From: Sphyrna mokarran
Taxonomy: Eukaryota
DNA: 64,000 nucleotides
Reading direction: 5' to 3'
NCBI GenBank assembly: GCA_024679065.1
Contig: JAGIQG010000009.1
Coordinates: forward strand, 96,720,001-96,784,000
Shown here: in pieces, positions 38,891-52,315 of the stretch
Position numbering within the stretch: position 1 is the first letter of the stretch
How the letters are laid out: each line of letters begins with the position of its first letter
The notes under the pieces: model-generated
Told to the model about the DNA's origin: nothing
Databases searched by the model: none
What the model saw: only the letters and a program-made list of their open reading frames with translations
Position numbers and translations under genes: made by a program

Positions 38891-41800
38891 GCCTGTTACA
38901 GTAATGAGATTTGAAAACCTGGTGAAATGAAACAGCATGGTCAATAGAAAAGGAATAACATTCTAGCCATGAAGAGGAAAACCATTCAAATGTGGCCTCT
39001 GCTTGAACATACATTAACAGAGAAACATGAGATCCACTGGTTGTGAAACCATGCCTAATGGACAGAACAGACGGAAGAGAATTTAAAGTCTATCTTGAAT
39101 TACCGTCAGTCCACAAACAATAATTTTGGTCTCGCTTGTTAATTGAGGAACTAATATGCGAAAACAAGGTTTCTAAAAGTAGGACAACGTTGAACCACTT
39201 ATCCATCTGCTGTGCATGTAAACGCACAAATGGGGGTGGATTTTCACCATCAACCGTTGCTTTGCGGGGAGATTAATTTTAACTTTGGGTGAGAATGTGA
39301 AATGGACTTTGTCAATGTGACCTTTTATAACCTCCACCTGCAGTGCTATATGTTTGCAATGTCAATCCGTACCTTAACCTGAACAGCAAATCTAACCAAA
39401 TCTAATCGAATTCTTTGGGCGATGAGAGGGTATCTATTGTTCCTTCTGGAATTGTCTGGCTAAAACTGAAGGACTGACGTCCCCTAAAGACAGGAATAAA
39501 CTCAACCGCCTTCTTCGACCCGGCGATTAAAACTGGACACCTTATTCTGGATAGAGAACCAGAGTTTACCCTACATTAAATTACAAACGAAATAATATGT
39601 TGTCGATTTCACTGGATAACAGAAGTTGTAATAGAATTAAGAACTGTTCTTACTGAAAGAGTGGTGTTCATTGCGGAATGTTTTTGCACACTTGCAGTTG
39701 GGTGCTGGCGGGCAGGGGTTGGAGGAGGTGTTATTTGTATGTTAAGGTATGAAGTCTGGTTACTTATCAGGGGAAGTGTTTCAAATGGCGTTGACTTTTC
39801 AATATGTAATTGTGACTTTTCAGAAAGTAACTCACACAGGCCTGTAGTTAAGAATGCTGGTGCGATACTTAAGACGGGATACGGCAAGAATTTGGCACTT
39901 TATCAGCGACAGATCAGTGTTCTTGCTCCTTAACTGAACGGTTCTGCGTGAGACTGGATGGAATTGGTGACGTGCTTGTCTGGGATCACTCCTGCAACGG
40001 AATGAATTGAACATTCCCAATATTCGCAAAGCCCGGTTTAGTTGCGAATCAAACCCGGGTGCCTGGCACTGTGAGACAATATTGTTAACTGCTGTGCCAC
40101 CGTACGACCTGGACCCAGCAACTGGAGTCGCACCAAGTCCAGTTGAGTCTGCAAAGTTCTCCATAGTAGCAGCTATCCAAATTTGAGAGAATTCTCCCAT
40201 GGATTAATGAAGCAAAGACCTAAGAGTCAGGCACAGTGAATAATTCGGAAAAGAAAATGTTCCAAGCTCTCAAACACAATTTCTGTTCATGTCCCAGAGA
40301 TAACCTCATGGTCTTACTCTGCCAGAACTGTGATACCTTGCCTGTTCCCATCAAGCAGATATCGATTAGTTGGCTCAATGTTCCCCGTCTTTCTGCTTTC
40401 GTTTTTCTTCAGGGATCTGCCCACCGTTTTATTTTCTCTTGAATTATTTTTTAAGCTTTAAAACACACTGATGCTCCAGGTGCGCAGCCGCAGGCTCCAG
40501 CAGCAACGCCACATTCATTTGCAAACTAAATTTATAAATGTTTCAGGGACGTGCAACACAGTGTGGCTTCAGTGACACCGACTCCGGCTATCTATCTTCG
40601 GGACATCCGATACGTGACACCTACCGCTAAAACCATCCTGCCAATTAAACAGGAAATCTACATGTCCTTGCTCACGAAGACGGGTTTTTTTTTGCAGTAG
40701 TTCGCTTTATTTTAGTTAACTATTACTTTCAGCCGTTAGCTGAAGGAATTTGCAAGCTGAGTAATTACCAGTTATTTCAACGTCTGAAGCTTGTGCATAG
40801 TCTACATCTTTTGCCCATGTCTCCATGTGTTTTCTCCCTGTGCTCCGGTTTCCTCTGAAGAGGTGCTGATTAGATACATTGACCCGAACAGGCGCCGGAA
40901 TGTGCCGATTCGGGGAATTACACACTAACTTCATTGCAGTGTAAGTAAGTAAGCCTTACTTGTGACTACTGAATATACTTTTTAACTTTTAAGACAACCA
41001 TTGCGGAGAGTAGCCTTTATTCACATTTTCATTAATCAATTTCACCAAAAATTCGTTGCGGTTGTAATAGAAACATTGGGTGATTAGTTCTGCTGCCTCA
41101 GAGCGCCAGGGACACATGTTCGATTCTCGGCTTGGGTCACTGTATGTACATTCTCCCCGTGTCTATGTGGGTTTCCGCTGGATTCTCCAGTTTTCTCCCA
41201 CCTCAGTCCGAAAGACATGCTGGTTAGATGAATTGGTCTTGCTAAATTTTCACTCAGTGTACATGAACGGATGCAGGAATGTGGCTACCAGGAGATTTTC
41301 ACAATACCTTGTAGTGTTAATGTAATCCTACTTGTGACACTAATAGATAAACTTAAACATCAAAACTAGGAGCAGGGGTAAGCCATTTGGCCTTCCTAGC
41401 CTCTTCCACAATTTTGTGCTAATATGGCCGATATTAACACCATATTGCTGCTCTCTTTCCCTACTCCTTGACGCCCTTTGAATTTAGAAATCTATCCATT
41501 CCCTTGTAAACTATCTTAAATGAATTGGGTTACACAGATATCTACGGAAGAGAATTTATGTTCACACTCTCTAAGGGAAGAAGTTTCTCTTCATCTCAAT
41601 CTGAAGTGGACCACCCCATATCCTAAGATTGTGGTCCTTGTCTCGATCCCACACCAAACAGAGAAACCGACCACTGCTACCAGTCTGCCCAGAACTGTCT
41701 GAATTTTATCTTTCTCAATCTATGTTATGCCCTTCTCCAGTAATTAGAGCATTGGCCTGGGCTTCTACACTACCAGACTTGTCACATCATCATTTGGCAG

Positions 41801-42319
41801 CATCAACACTGAGTCTCATGATTGAGTTGAAACCTGCAGCAACTTTTGTGAGAATCAACATCCAAACAAGGCAGTTTTGGTGAACATGAAATTGAACATG
41901 AAATTGGTCCTGACAGGGGAACAAAGGGAAGCCATTCAGTCCATCGAGCCTGTTCCATCAATCAATCTGATGACGGATATCATGTATGACTCTGGGAATG
42001 ACTCTGGGACTAATTTTAATGTTGGGGTGATTTAAAACACAACTTAAAAGCAGAACTTCCCTTCCAATGATTTGAACAGAAAAAGAAACACCACATGTTG
42101 AGCATTATGGGAAAGTAATTGGCTTTCCCCTGTTTTGTAGCACACAGCAGGTGAAACTTTTAGAATGATGCACAATTCTGATGTTCACTCACATGCAGCC
42201 CAATGACTTGGATGACATGCAACATTTTTTTTCCATTCCTTGTTCTAGATTACCAGCATTTGACTTGTTCTCCTGATTCTTGGGAAATATTAACAGGCAC
42301 AATTTCATAGTATTAATTT

Positions 42320-43180
42320 GGGAGAAAGAAAATTTTCCCAAGTTCCCTAATTCAAAATCCTTTTGTCTGTTTGATTCATTCAGCTATTTGGATAAAGCAA
42401 TTGTCCACACAATAAGCTCTGCATTTCTATAATTAAACTGCTGTCCCAAATGGTACATATGTCCTTACGAGTTTCTTTGAATCTGTAATTCAGAAGCCGG
42501 CCAGTATGAGGACTTGAAATGCTCAAAGCTGCATGAACGCTAAGAATGTCTGAACTAAGATAAATGCCAAATACTGCGGATGCTGGAATCTGTTGAAGGG
42601 TTATCCAGACCCGAGACATTGACTCTATTCTCTTTCCACTGATGCTGTCAGACCTGCTGAGATTTTTCTCGTATTTTCCAAAGAATGTCTGAACGTTTGT
42701 TGTGCCCGGAAAGCAAGAGAGAAAAACATCAGATATTTTACATTATTGTAGGCAGATGCGTATTGGTATTATGGCTGGCACTGTAAACCAGAGACTTAGG
42801 TAATATTCTGTGGATCAGAGTTCAAATCCCCCAACTTCAGATGGTGAAGTTTGAATTCTATAAAAATCTAGAATTAATAGTCTATTGATGACAATGAAAT
42901 CATTGTCAATTGTCAGGAAAATCCAACTTCACTAAAATCTTTTAGGGAAGGAAATCTTGTTTGGCCTATATGAGCCTTCAAAGCCACAGCAATGTGTTTG
43001 ACTCTTAAATGCCCTTGTGGTTAGGCAATAACTGCTGGCCCAGCGACAACCACATCCCATGAATAAATAAAAACATTGCATCACATCCTGTCAGTTTGAT
43101 TGGCATATGTTTTTGATCTTCTCCCATCAGTCCCACGAATAAGTGATCAATAATTTAACTACATTTACACAGCAGCTAGC
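42320..43180 (+). promoter_or_regulatory. Gene B promoter region (conserved blocks, interrupted by repeats)
   Basis: Blocks 42330-42545 and 43073-43180 align by eye with 62915-63140 and 63170-63296 upstream of gene C. Confidence 0.6.
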
Positions 43181-43223
43181 ATGTGGTCCAGCCTTGAGCT
43201 TTGTATTCTGATTCTTCTCTTGA
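43181..43223 (+). CDS. ncr3: Gene B exon 1: leader MWSSLELCILILLL(T)
   Basis: gctagcATG start, hydrophobic, 43 nt, donor A|GTAAGT, in frame with the V exon at 48572 (…LLLTASA|EKVTV signal cleavage). Confidence 0.88.
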
Positions 43224-43669
43224 GTAAGTACCTACCTTAATTCACAGACCAGGGTATGAGTGGCAGATTCCCTTCGCTCAGACAGTCAATGATAATTTGG
43301 CAGTCACCATTGCTGAGATTAGTTTTCAATTCCTGATTTGATTTGAATCCATGTGGCCACACATTAGCCTGCTGCTCTGGATTACTCGAATAATGGCACG
43401 ACCACTTCACCTCTGTCTCCCCAAATTAGTGTACTAATCTTGTGCAATGATAGACAGCCAGTTGATTTTCTCCAGAAAGTTAAGTACTATACTTTTTATT
43501 ATCAATATTGGTGATCTGTAAACATCCATTATCCATCCCTAATTGTCCTTCAGAAGGTGGCAGTGAGGTGCCTCCTTGAACTGTTACAGTCTGTGTGGTG
43601 TAACCAGGCCATACCAGATTAAATACTGGATTAAATGCCACGGCATGCGATTTGACAGAAACATAGCCT

Positions 43670-44480
43670 TTTGATTTGATTTATTATTGTCATTTGAAAA
43701 GTGACAATACAATGAAACGTATTGTTTCTTGTGCATTATACGGGCAAAACATACCGTTCATATGGAAGGGAATGAGAGAGTGCAGAATGTAGTGTTACAG
43801 TCATAGCTATCGTACAGAGAAAGAACAACTTAATGCAAGGTAGGTCCATTCAAAAGTCTAATGGTAGCAGGAAAGAAGCTGTTCTTGAGTTGGTTGGTAC
43901 ATGACCTCAAATTTTCTTTTCCATCTTCTTCCCAACAGAAGAAGGCGGAAGACAGAATGTCCACAGTGTGTGGAATCCTTAGTTATGCTGGCTGCTTTGC
44001 CGAGATAGCAGGAAGCGTAGACAGAGTCAGTGATGGGAAGCTGGTTTGTGTAATGGATTGGACTACATTTACAACATCTTGTAGATTCTTCTGATCTTGG
44101 AGAGAGCAGGAGTCATACCAATCTGTGAAATGCCAGAAAGAATAATTTCAATGGTGCATCTGTAAACGTTGGTGAGAGTCCTAGCTGACATTTCAAATTT
44201 CCTTATTCTTCTGAGAAATTTGAGGCATTGGTACCTTTCTTAGCGTTTGGTATAGTGTTGGCATGAGGGGAAAAGGACAGGTTGTTGAGATCTGGAGACC
44301 TAAAACCCTGATGTTCTGGATCATTTCTACTTCATCCACATTGATGTAGACAGGGGCATGTTCTCCATTACGCTTCCTGAAGTGGAGGACAATTTCCAAT
44401 TGTTAATATTTAAGGAGAGATTATTATTGTCACTCCAATTCACCAGATTCTCTATCTTATTACTGTGTTCTGTCAACAAC
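43670..44480 (-). mobile_element. Rex1/Babar-type LINE 3' fragment
   Basis: EIVLHFRKR..HAPVYIN.DEVEMIQNIRVLGLQI resembles Rex/Babar KELIVDFRK..LYING..VE.V..FKFLG; shorter copy at 1240-1600. Confidence 0.7.
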
Positions 44481-44655
44481 ACTCGTGATCATGTTAAGCT
44501 TATTTGATGCACTGAAGCACATTGTGCTGGATCCATGGAAATAATAATGCCTTGCTAATCTTTGGCAATTATGTAAATGGCAAGGTCGGGCCATTCATTT
44601 AACACACTGCTTTTTTGTTTGCTTTCCTCCATTTAAATGGAAATCAAAATACCGG

Positions 44656-45100
44656 GTGTTGCCTGGTATGGAGGGCAGGTCTTATGAAGAGAGGCTGAGG
44701 GATTTGAGGTTGTTTTCGTTAGAAAGAAGGCGACTAAGAGGAGACCTTATTGAAACATATAAGATGATTAGAGGTTTAGATAGGGTGGACAGTGATAGCC
44801 TTTTTCCTAGGATGGAGAAAGCTTTCACGAGGGGACATAGCTTTAAAATAAGGGGTGGTAGTTATAGGATGGATGTCAGAGATAGGTTCTTTACCCAGAG
44901 GGTGGTAAGTGTATGGAATGCCCTGCCTGCTGCAGTTGTAGATGCGCCACATTTGGTGGCGTTTAAGAGGTTAGTAGATAAGTTTATGGATGAAAAGGGA
45001 ATGGTTTAGGTTAGAGGGTCATTGCTTTTTGTTAATTGGTCTGCGCAACATTGAAAGCCGAAGGGCCTGTTCTGCGCTGTAATGTTCTATGTTCTATGTT
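44656..45100 (+). mobile_element. CR1 3' fragment, near-identical to 15838-16270
   Basis: ORF LPGMEGRSYEERLRDLRLFSLERRR; GTTCTAT tail. Confidence 0.9.
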
Positions 45101-45803
45101 GTACGGGGTACCATACGACTTTGCCTGGGCTGTTGAAACTTAAATTTATCCCTATGACAGCTAAAGTTGAGAGAAAACTTCATAATAGCTTAGTAAAAGT
45201 AGAATGAAATGGATGAATTATAGCTGTGGTACACTTAGTACAGTCCGTTAACTTTGTGACTGAACAGTTTAAGAATTATATTTTGGAGGCTTGCATTTTG
45301 GTTTCCCCCTGTTAAAAGCGTACACTTGACACCAACTTCATGAGAATCCATGGTTAACAGTGGTGCAGAGGATATCCATTGGAACTGTTTTTACCCCGGT
45401 GCTTTCTCCACATAATTCCAAAAGACACGTTAATTGTTAAACTTCAAATAGATTATCACTTGGATTGCACTCGATTTTCCTGCAGAAGGATTGTATGGTG
45501 TTTAGCTTCTTGTTGAATTCGTTATTCAATATTTAATGCAATTTGATATTCACCAAAATATATTTTGACTGTACAAAAGCAAACTACTGCAGATGCTGAA
45601 ATCCAAAACCAAAAGAGAAAATCTCAGCAGATCTGGCAGAATCGAATCCAGATCCCAACTTTGACAAAGAGTCATCTGGATTAGAAACGTCAGCTCCTTT
45701 CTCTCCTTACAGATGCTTCCAGACCCGCTGAGATTTTCCAGCACTTTTTCTTTTGGTCTTTTTTATATTTCGACTATAAGTGGGCAACACAGTGACACAA
45801 TGG

Positions 45804-47212
45804 CAAATGTTGTCCCTTTGTTCAAAAAGTGGAGTAGGGACCATCCTGGAAATTATAGACCGGTGAGCCTGACTTCTGTTGTGGGCAAAGTCTTGGAAAG
45901 AATTATAAGGGATAGGATTTATAAGCATCTAGAGAGAAATAAATTGATTAGGGATAGTCAGCACGGTTTTGTGAAGGGTAGGTCGTGCCTCACAAACCTT
46001 ATTGAGTTTTTTGAGGAGGTGACCAAAGAGGTAGATAAGGGTAAGGCAGTTGATGTAGTGTATATGGATTTTAGCAAAGTGTTTGATAAGGTTCCCCATG
46101 GTAGGCTACTGCAGAAAGTGCAGATGCATGGGATTGAAGGTGATTTAGCAGTTTGGATTGGGAATTGGCTAGCTGATAGAAGACAGAGGGTGGTGGTTGA
46201 TGGGAAATATTCAACCTGGAGTGCAGTTACAAGTGGTGTACCTCAAGGATCTGTTTTGGGGCCACTGCTGTTTGTCATTTTTATAAATGACCTAGATGAG
46301 GGTGTAGAGGGTTGGATTAGTAAATTTGCTGACGATACCAAAGTGGGGGGAGTTGTAGACAGCGAGGATAGATGTTACAGTTTGCAGAGGGACATAGATA
46401 GGTTGCAGAGCTGGGCCGTGAGGTGGCAAATGGAATTCAATACGGATAAGTGTGAGGTGATTCACTTTGGTAGGAATAACAGGCATATGAAATATAGGGC
46501 TAATGGAAGGACCCTTAATAGTGTTGTCGAGTAGAGGGATCTTGGGGTACAAGTACATAGCTCTTTGAAAGTTGGCACCCAGGTTGATAAAGTTGTTAAG
46601 AAGGCGTACGGTGTGTTAGCTTTTATTGGTAGAGGGATTGAATTTAGGAGCCGTGAGGTTATGTTACAACTGTACAAAACTCTGGTGCGCGCACTTGGAG
46701 TATTGCGTACAGTTCTGGTCGCCGCATTATAAGAAAGATGTGGAAGCATTGGAAAGGGTGCAGAGGAGGTTTACCAGGAGGTTTGCTGGTATGGTGGGAA
46801 GGCCTTATGAGGAAAGGCTGAGGGACCTGAGGTTACTTTCATTAGAGAGAAGAAGGTTACACGGTGACCTAATTGAGGCGTATAAGATGATCAAGGGATT
46901 GGATAGAGTGGATAGTGAGAGCCTTTTTCCTCGGATGGTGATGACCAACACGAGGGGACATAACTTTAAATTAAGAGGTGGTAGTTATAGGACGGATGTC
47001 AGAGGCAGGTTCTTTACACAGAGGGTGGTGAGGGCGTGGAATGCCCTGCCTGCAGCAGTTGTGGACTCGCCTACTTTGGGGGCATTCAAATGTTCGGTGG
47101 ATAGGCATATGGATGATATTGGAATAGTTTAGGTTAGAGGGTCCACTGGCTGGCGCAACATCGAGGGCCGAAGGGCCTGTACTGCGCTGTAATGTTCTAT
47201 GTTCTATGTTCT
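45804..47212 (+). mobile_element. CR1 (HER1-like) LINE, 5'-truncated, RT domain; inserted in an HE1 SINE
   Basis: NYRPVSLTS, QHGFVKGRSC, GVPQGSVLGP, FADDTK motifs; (GTTCTAT)n tail; TSD ACAATGG at 45797-45803 and 47213-47219; in-frame stop and frameshift. Confidence 0.95.
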
Positions 47213-47624
47213 ACAATGGTTAGCATTGCTGTCTCACAGTGCCAGAGACCTAGGTTCAATTCCAGGCTCGGGTCACTGTCTGTGTGAAACTTTCACGTTC
47301 TCCCTGTGTCTGCGTGGATTTTCCCTGGATGCTCTGGTTTCTTCCCATAGTCCAAAAGTAGGTTGGTTGGCCATGCTAAGTTGCCCCTTGAGTTAAGGGA
47401 GTTAGTAGTGTAAAACTGTGGGATTACAGGAATGGGACCTGGGTGGGATTATGGTTGGTACAGACTCGACGGGCCGAAAGGCCTCTTTCTGTCATATCTA
47501 TGATATGATTCCATGAAATCAGCTTAGTTGCTTGAATCCTCCAACCTCAGCAAAATAATCATGAATTTCCCTTTACTTCAAAAAGTAAAATTCTAAATGA
47601 AATTTCCTGTTCTGCTATTCTAAC

Positions 47625-48397
47625 CTGTTAGCAAATGAGAGGTTATCCACTTTGGTAGAAATAATAATAGGAGGGATTATTATTTAAAGCGTGAAAAACT
47701 GCAGCATGCTACAGTGCAGAGGGACCTGGGGGTCCTTGTGCACAACCACAAAAACCCAGTCTACAGGTGCAGCAGGTGATCAAGAAGGCAAATGGAATGT
47801 TGGCTTTTATTGCGAGGGGAATAGAATATAAAAGCAGGGAGATCTTGCTGTAATGGTACTAGTGAGGCCGCAACTGGAGTATTGTATGCAGTTTTGGCCC
47901 CTGTATTTGCGAAAGGATACATTGGCCTTGGAGGGAATACAGAGAAGGTTCACCAGGCTGAGGGAGTTAACTTATGAAGAGAGATTGAATAGAGAAGATT
48001 GAGGAGGGATCTTATAGAGACATATAAGATAATGAAGGGGTTAGGTAAGGTAGAGGTGGAGAGATTCTTCCTGCTTAGAAAGGATAGCAGAATTAGAGGG
48101 CACAGCCTCAAAATAAGGGAGGCCAGTTTAGAACTGAGTTGAGGAGGAACTTCTTCATTCAAAAAGTGGTGATTATCTGGAATTCTCTGCCCATTGAAGT
48201 GGTGGAGGCTACCTTGTTGAATATATTTAAGTCACGGGTAGATAGATTTCTGATAGTCAAGGGAATTGAGGGTTATGGGGAGAAAGCGGGAAAGTGGATC
48301 TGATTCACTTCAAATCAACCATGATCTTGTAGAATGGCGGGGCAGGCTCGAAGGGCTAGATGGCCTACTCCTGCTCCTGTTTCTTATGTTCTTATGT
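47625..48397 (+). mobile_element. CR1 3' fragment (degenerate)
   Basis: Homology to CR1 ORF2 C-terminus, GTTCTTAT tail; absent from the duplicate unit at ~50400. Confidence 0.85.
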
Positions 48398-48571
48398 AAT
48401 ACAGAAGTTATTTTAGTCGGCCAGTGTCTACAGAAGGGAAGAATGTAGACAGGCGCTCATGAGGATTGTGTCGTCTGGATTCCAATGTTTAATTTAGGAG
48501 CGGGTTTGCAAACACGTCTGAAGACAGCGTGAGATTCTGGCTTCATTGTCAAACATTTTACTCTCTTACAG

Positions 48572-48910
48572 CAGCGAGTGCTGAGAAAGTCACAGTTATA
48601 CAGAGCCCGGTGTCCCTTAATGTAACCGAGGGGGAGACAGCAATGCTGTACTGCACGCTCGAAGGATTACGTGGAGTCGGTGTCTACACGTGGCACAGGG
48701 ACAGTAAAAATGGAAGTGAGCTTTCTAACAGTACAGCAGAATATAGAGGCCGGGTCTTTGGACCAAATATAGAGGAATCGGTCGGAAAGAGGGGTGCTTC
48801 GGTTCAATTAATAAACGTGACATTGAGCGATGCGGCGACCTATTATTGCAAAGTGGAATTTATAATAATGGGTGAATATTATGGGCTAGGAACAACACTG
48901 ATTGTGACAG
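48572..48910 (+). CDS. ncr3: Gene B IgV exon 1, NKp30-like
   Basis: ctctcttacAG acceptor, G|GTAAGC donor, 339 nt; VIQSP..LYC..GVYTWHRD..GSELSNST.EYRGRV..DAATYYC..YGLGTTLIV. Confidence 0.92.
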
Positions 48911-50580
48911 GTAAGCATCTTAATCGCTACTATGTTAAGAAAGTAATGAGGTAGATTAGCATGTTGCCTGCTGCAATCTTCAGAACAGATAGAGCAAAGA
49001 CAGTGACACAGACTTCAATGTTGTGGGCAGACGTCGAAAGAACATCTGCCTTCTCAGAGCCCGGCAACATCTGTCTTTGTGATGGTTCAATTTGTTCAAA
49101 TATATCCACTGGCGCAGCACAGGAACAGGTGTCGGATTCGATCCTCAGGTCCTTCGAGTTTACAACAATAAAATCAAAGCTGAACTGTTACATGAAGTGC
49201 ATTAATCCCCTTCAATGCGCTCCACACGGGACAAGCAGCCACCTCGCTCCCGCCCCCCGCCAGCGCCGAAGCTATTAAACCCGCTAAGAACTGAATATAA
49301 TTCCCACCCTTCCCCCCACACTCCCATTTCGCCTGACCTCCATACACTTAAATTTATCCCTATGATAGCTAAACTTTAGACAGAGAAAACTTTACAATAT
49401 CTTAGCAAAAATAGAACAAATGGACGAATTACAGCTCTGGTACACTTTGTATAGTCCTTTAATTTTGTGACTGAACATTTTAAGAATTATATTTTGGAGG
49501 CTTGCATTTTGTTTTTTTTTCCCCTGTTAAAAACATGCACTTGACATCAACTTCATGAGAATCTATAGTTAACAGCGGTGCAGAGGATATCCGTTTGAAC
49601 GGCTTTTGCCCCCGTGCTTTCTGCACTTAATTCCAAAAGACACGTTAATTGCTACAACTTCAAATAGATTATCATTTGGAGTGCAATCGATTTTACTGCA
49701 GAAGGTGTTTAACGCGTCTTGTTGAATTCCTTGTACAATATATAATGCAATTTGATAATCACCAAAATATATTTTGACTGTACAGAAGCAAATTACTGCG
49801 GGTGCTGGAATCCAAAACCAAAAGAGAAAATCTCAGCAGATCTGGCAGAATCGAACCCAGATCCCAGCTTTGACAAAGAGTCATCTGGATTAGAAACGTC
49901 AGCTCTTTTCTTTCCTTAGGAGATGCTGCCAGACCTGCTGAGATTTCCCAGCATTTTTTCTTTGGTTTCTTTATATTTCGACTATAAGTGGGCAGCACAG
50001 TGGCACAGTGGTTAGCACTGCTGTCTTACAGTGCCAGGGACCCGGGTTCAATTCCAGGCTCGGCTCACCGTCTGTGTGAAGCTTTCACGTCCTCCCCGTG
50101 ACTGCGTGGGTTTCCCCCGGATGCTCCGGCTTCCTCCCATAGTCTAAAGAAATGCGGGTTTAGGTTGGTTAGCCTGAGTTAGCAAGGTCAAACCATGTGG
50201 TCACGGGAACTGTGGGTGAAATTGTGGTCGGTGCAGAATGGATGGGCCGAATGACCTCCTTTTGTCATATCAATGATATGATTCTTTGAAATCGGTTTAG
50301 TTGCTTGAATCCTCCAAACCTCAGCAAAATAATTACGAATTTCCCTTCTCTATTTCAAAAAGTAAAATTCTAAATGAAATTTCCTATTCTGCTCTTCTAA
50401 TGGAGAAGTTAGCGTTTCATTTTTGTTGGCCAATGTCTGCAAAAGGGAAGAGTTTAGGCAGGCGCTCCTGAGGATTGTATCATTGGGATTCCAATGGTAA
50501 GTTTCGGAGCGGGTTTGTACACACCTCGGAACGCAGCGTGGGTTCCCGGCTTCATTGTGAAACATTTTACTGTCTTACAG

Positions 50581-50919
50581 CAGCGAGTGCTCAGAAGGTC
50601 ACAGTTGTTCAAAGCCCGGTGTCCCTTAATGTAACGGAAGGGGAGACAGCGGTGCTATACTGCACGCTCGAAGGATTACGTGGAGTCGGTGTCTACATGT
50701 GGTACAGGAACAGTAAAAATGGAAGTGAGCTTTCTAACAGTACACCAGAATACAGAGGCCGGGTCATTGGACCAAATAGGGAAAAATCGGGCGGAAGGAG
50801 GAATGCCTCGATTCAGTTAACCAACGTAAAATTCAGCGATGCGGCGACTTATTGTTGCAAAGTGGGACTGGGAACAGCAGGTGAATATTATGGGCTAGGA
50901 ACAACACTGATTGTGACAG
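50581..50919 (+). CDS. ncr3: Gene B IgV exon 2, NKp30-like
   Basis: tgtcttacAG acceptor, G|GTAAGC donor, 339 nt; paralog of the exon at 48572; YYC motif changed to YCC. Confidence 0.9.
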
Positions 50920-52099
50920 GTAAGCATCTTAATCGCTGTTATGTTAAGAAAATAATTAGCCAAAATGGTGAAGTATGTTAACATATTGCCTGCTGCAATC
51001 TTCAGAATAGACAAGAGCAAAGATAGTGATACAGACTTCAAGGTTAGGGGCATCGAAGGAACATCTACCTTCTCAGAGCCCGGTAATATCTATCTTTGTA
51101 AGGTTCCATTCGAGCAAATATATTCACTGGCGCAGCACAAGAACAGATGTAGTATTGACCCTGAGGTCCTTCAAGTTTATAACAACAAGATCAAAGCTGA
51201 ACTGTCATATGAAGTGCACTAATCCTGTTCAATGCGCTCCATATGGGACAAGCAATCCCTCAGCACCGAATCTATTAAACCCGCTAAGAACTGTATACAA
51301 TTCCCTCACCTTCTCCACTCCCCACCAATCCCATTTGGCCTGATCTCCATACACTATATCCCTATTCTACTCAATCTCACCTCTCATCCCAGGAAGCATT
51401 CTTGGGAAGTAAGTAATTCCAATTTCGATTCGGTCTCAGTTTACAGACCACTGCTTTCTGAGCAGTGGGCGACCTAATATTTCCCAGTTGGGTTAGTTAT
51501 GCCTGCTATGAAAATAAAGGGTACCCCACAAATAGTCCGATCAGAATGTTTGAGGAATACTTGTTAGATATTCACAGGGTTTGTGTTGCAGAGTTTGTCT
51601 TCATCACCAATCTGAAATCCACAGTGTTTATCACCTATCCTAAAGAGGATTTCCATGTTCTGATGAGAATGGCATCTTGTAATGATATGCTACTTACTTA
51701 AATTAATTAACTTTGATATTTATACAGCAATGTGGCGTCAGTCTTCGAGTGTCGGCGTGAAGTCACTCGAAGCAACAAATCCGATTAGACATTTGGCTGA
51801 TCTAATTAACTCTCCGGTGGCAATAGAAATTCACCCATTTGAGAAGATTCCTAACGGAATCATTCAGTTAATTTTATAATGTGGTCGCCTTCGTTATTGT
51901 AAGCAAACGCAGCAATAATTTTTTGCACAGTTTAGTCACTCACGCGTTAGTTAATCAGCTAAACAATTTTGCTGATTTGATTGAGACAAACATTCCTTAG
52001 GGATGAAATTCCGCCTCTGGTGGCTTCTGATACTGGAATCCATCTACAGAGGTAGATGGAAAGCCTCTGGCTAGCAAGACACCTTTGGGGCAGCGCCAA

Positions 52100-52315
52100 G
52101 GAGCTGAAGTGGCAAATGGAGTTTAATGTGGAAAAGTGTGAGGTAATGCACTTTGGCAGGAACAATAAATGTGTAGAGTATAGGGCTAATGGTAGGCTCT
52201 TAATAGTGTGAGGAACAGAAGGATCTTGGTGTATGTGTCAATAGATCCCTGAAAGTAGGCAGTCAAGTGGATAAAGTTGTTAAGAAGGCTATGGAGTCTT
52301 GCTTTTTTGGTAGGG
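52100..52315 (+). mobile_element. CR1 fragment near-identical to 15470-15690, running into a G/T-only tract
   Basis: gtggcaaatggagtttaatgtggaaaagtgtgagg… matches 15478 onward. Confidence 0.8.

Larger units (their letters stand above)
45140..51360. repeat. Tandem duplication carrying the gene B V exons (unit 1 ~45140-49346 with two extra CR1 inserts; unit 2 ~49347-51360)
   Basis: taaatttatccctatga.agctaaa… repeated at 45141 and 49349; flanking HE1, palindrome and post-exon sequence shared. Confidence 0.9.
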
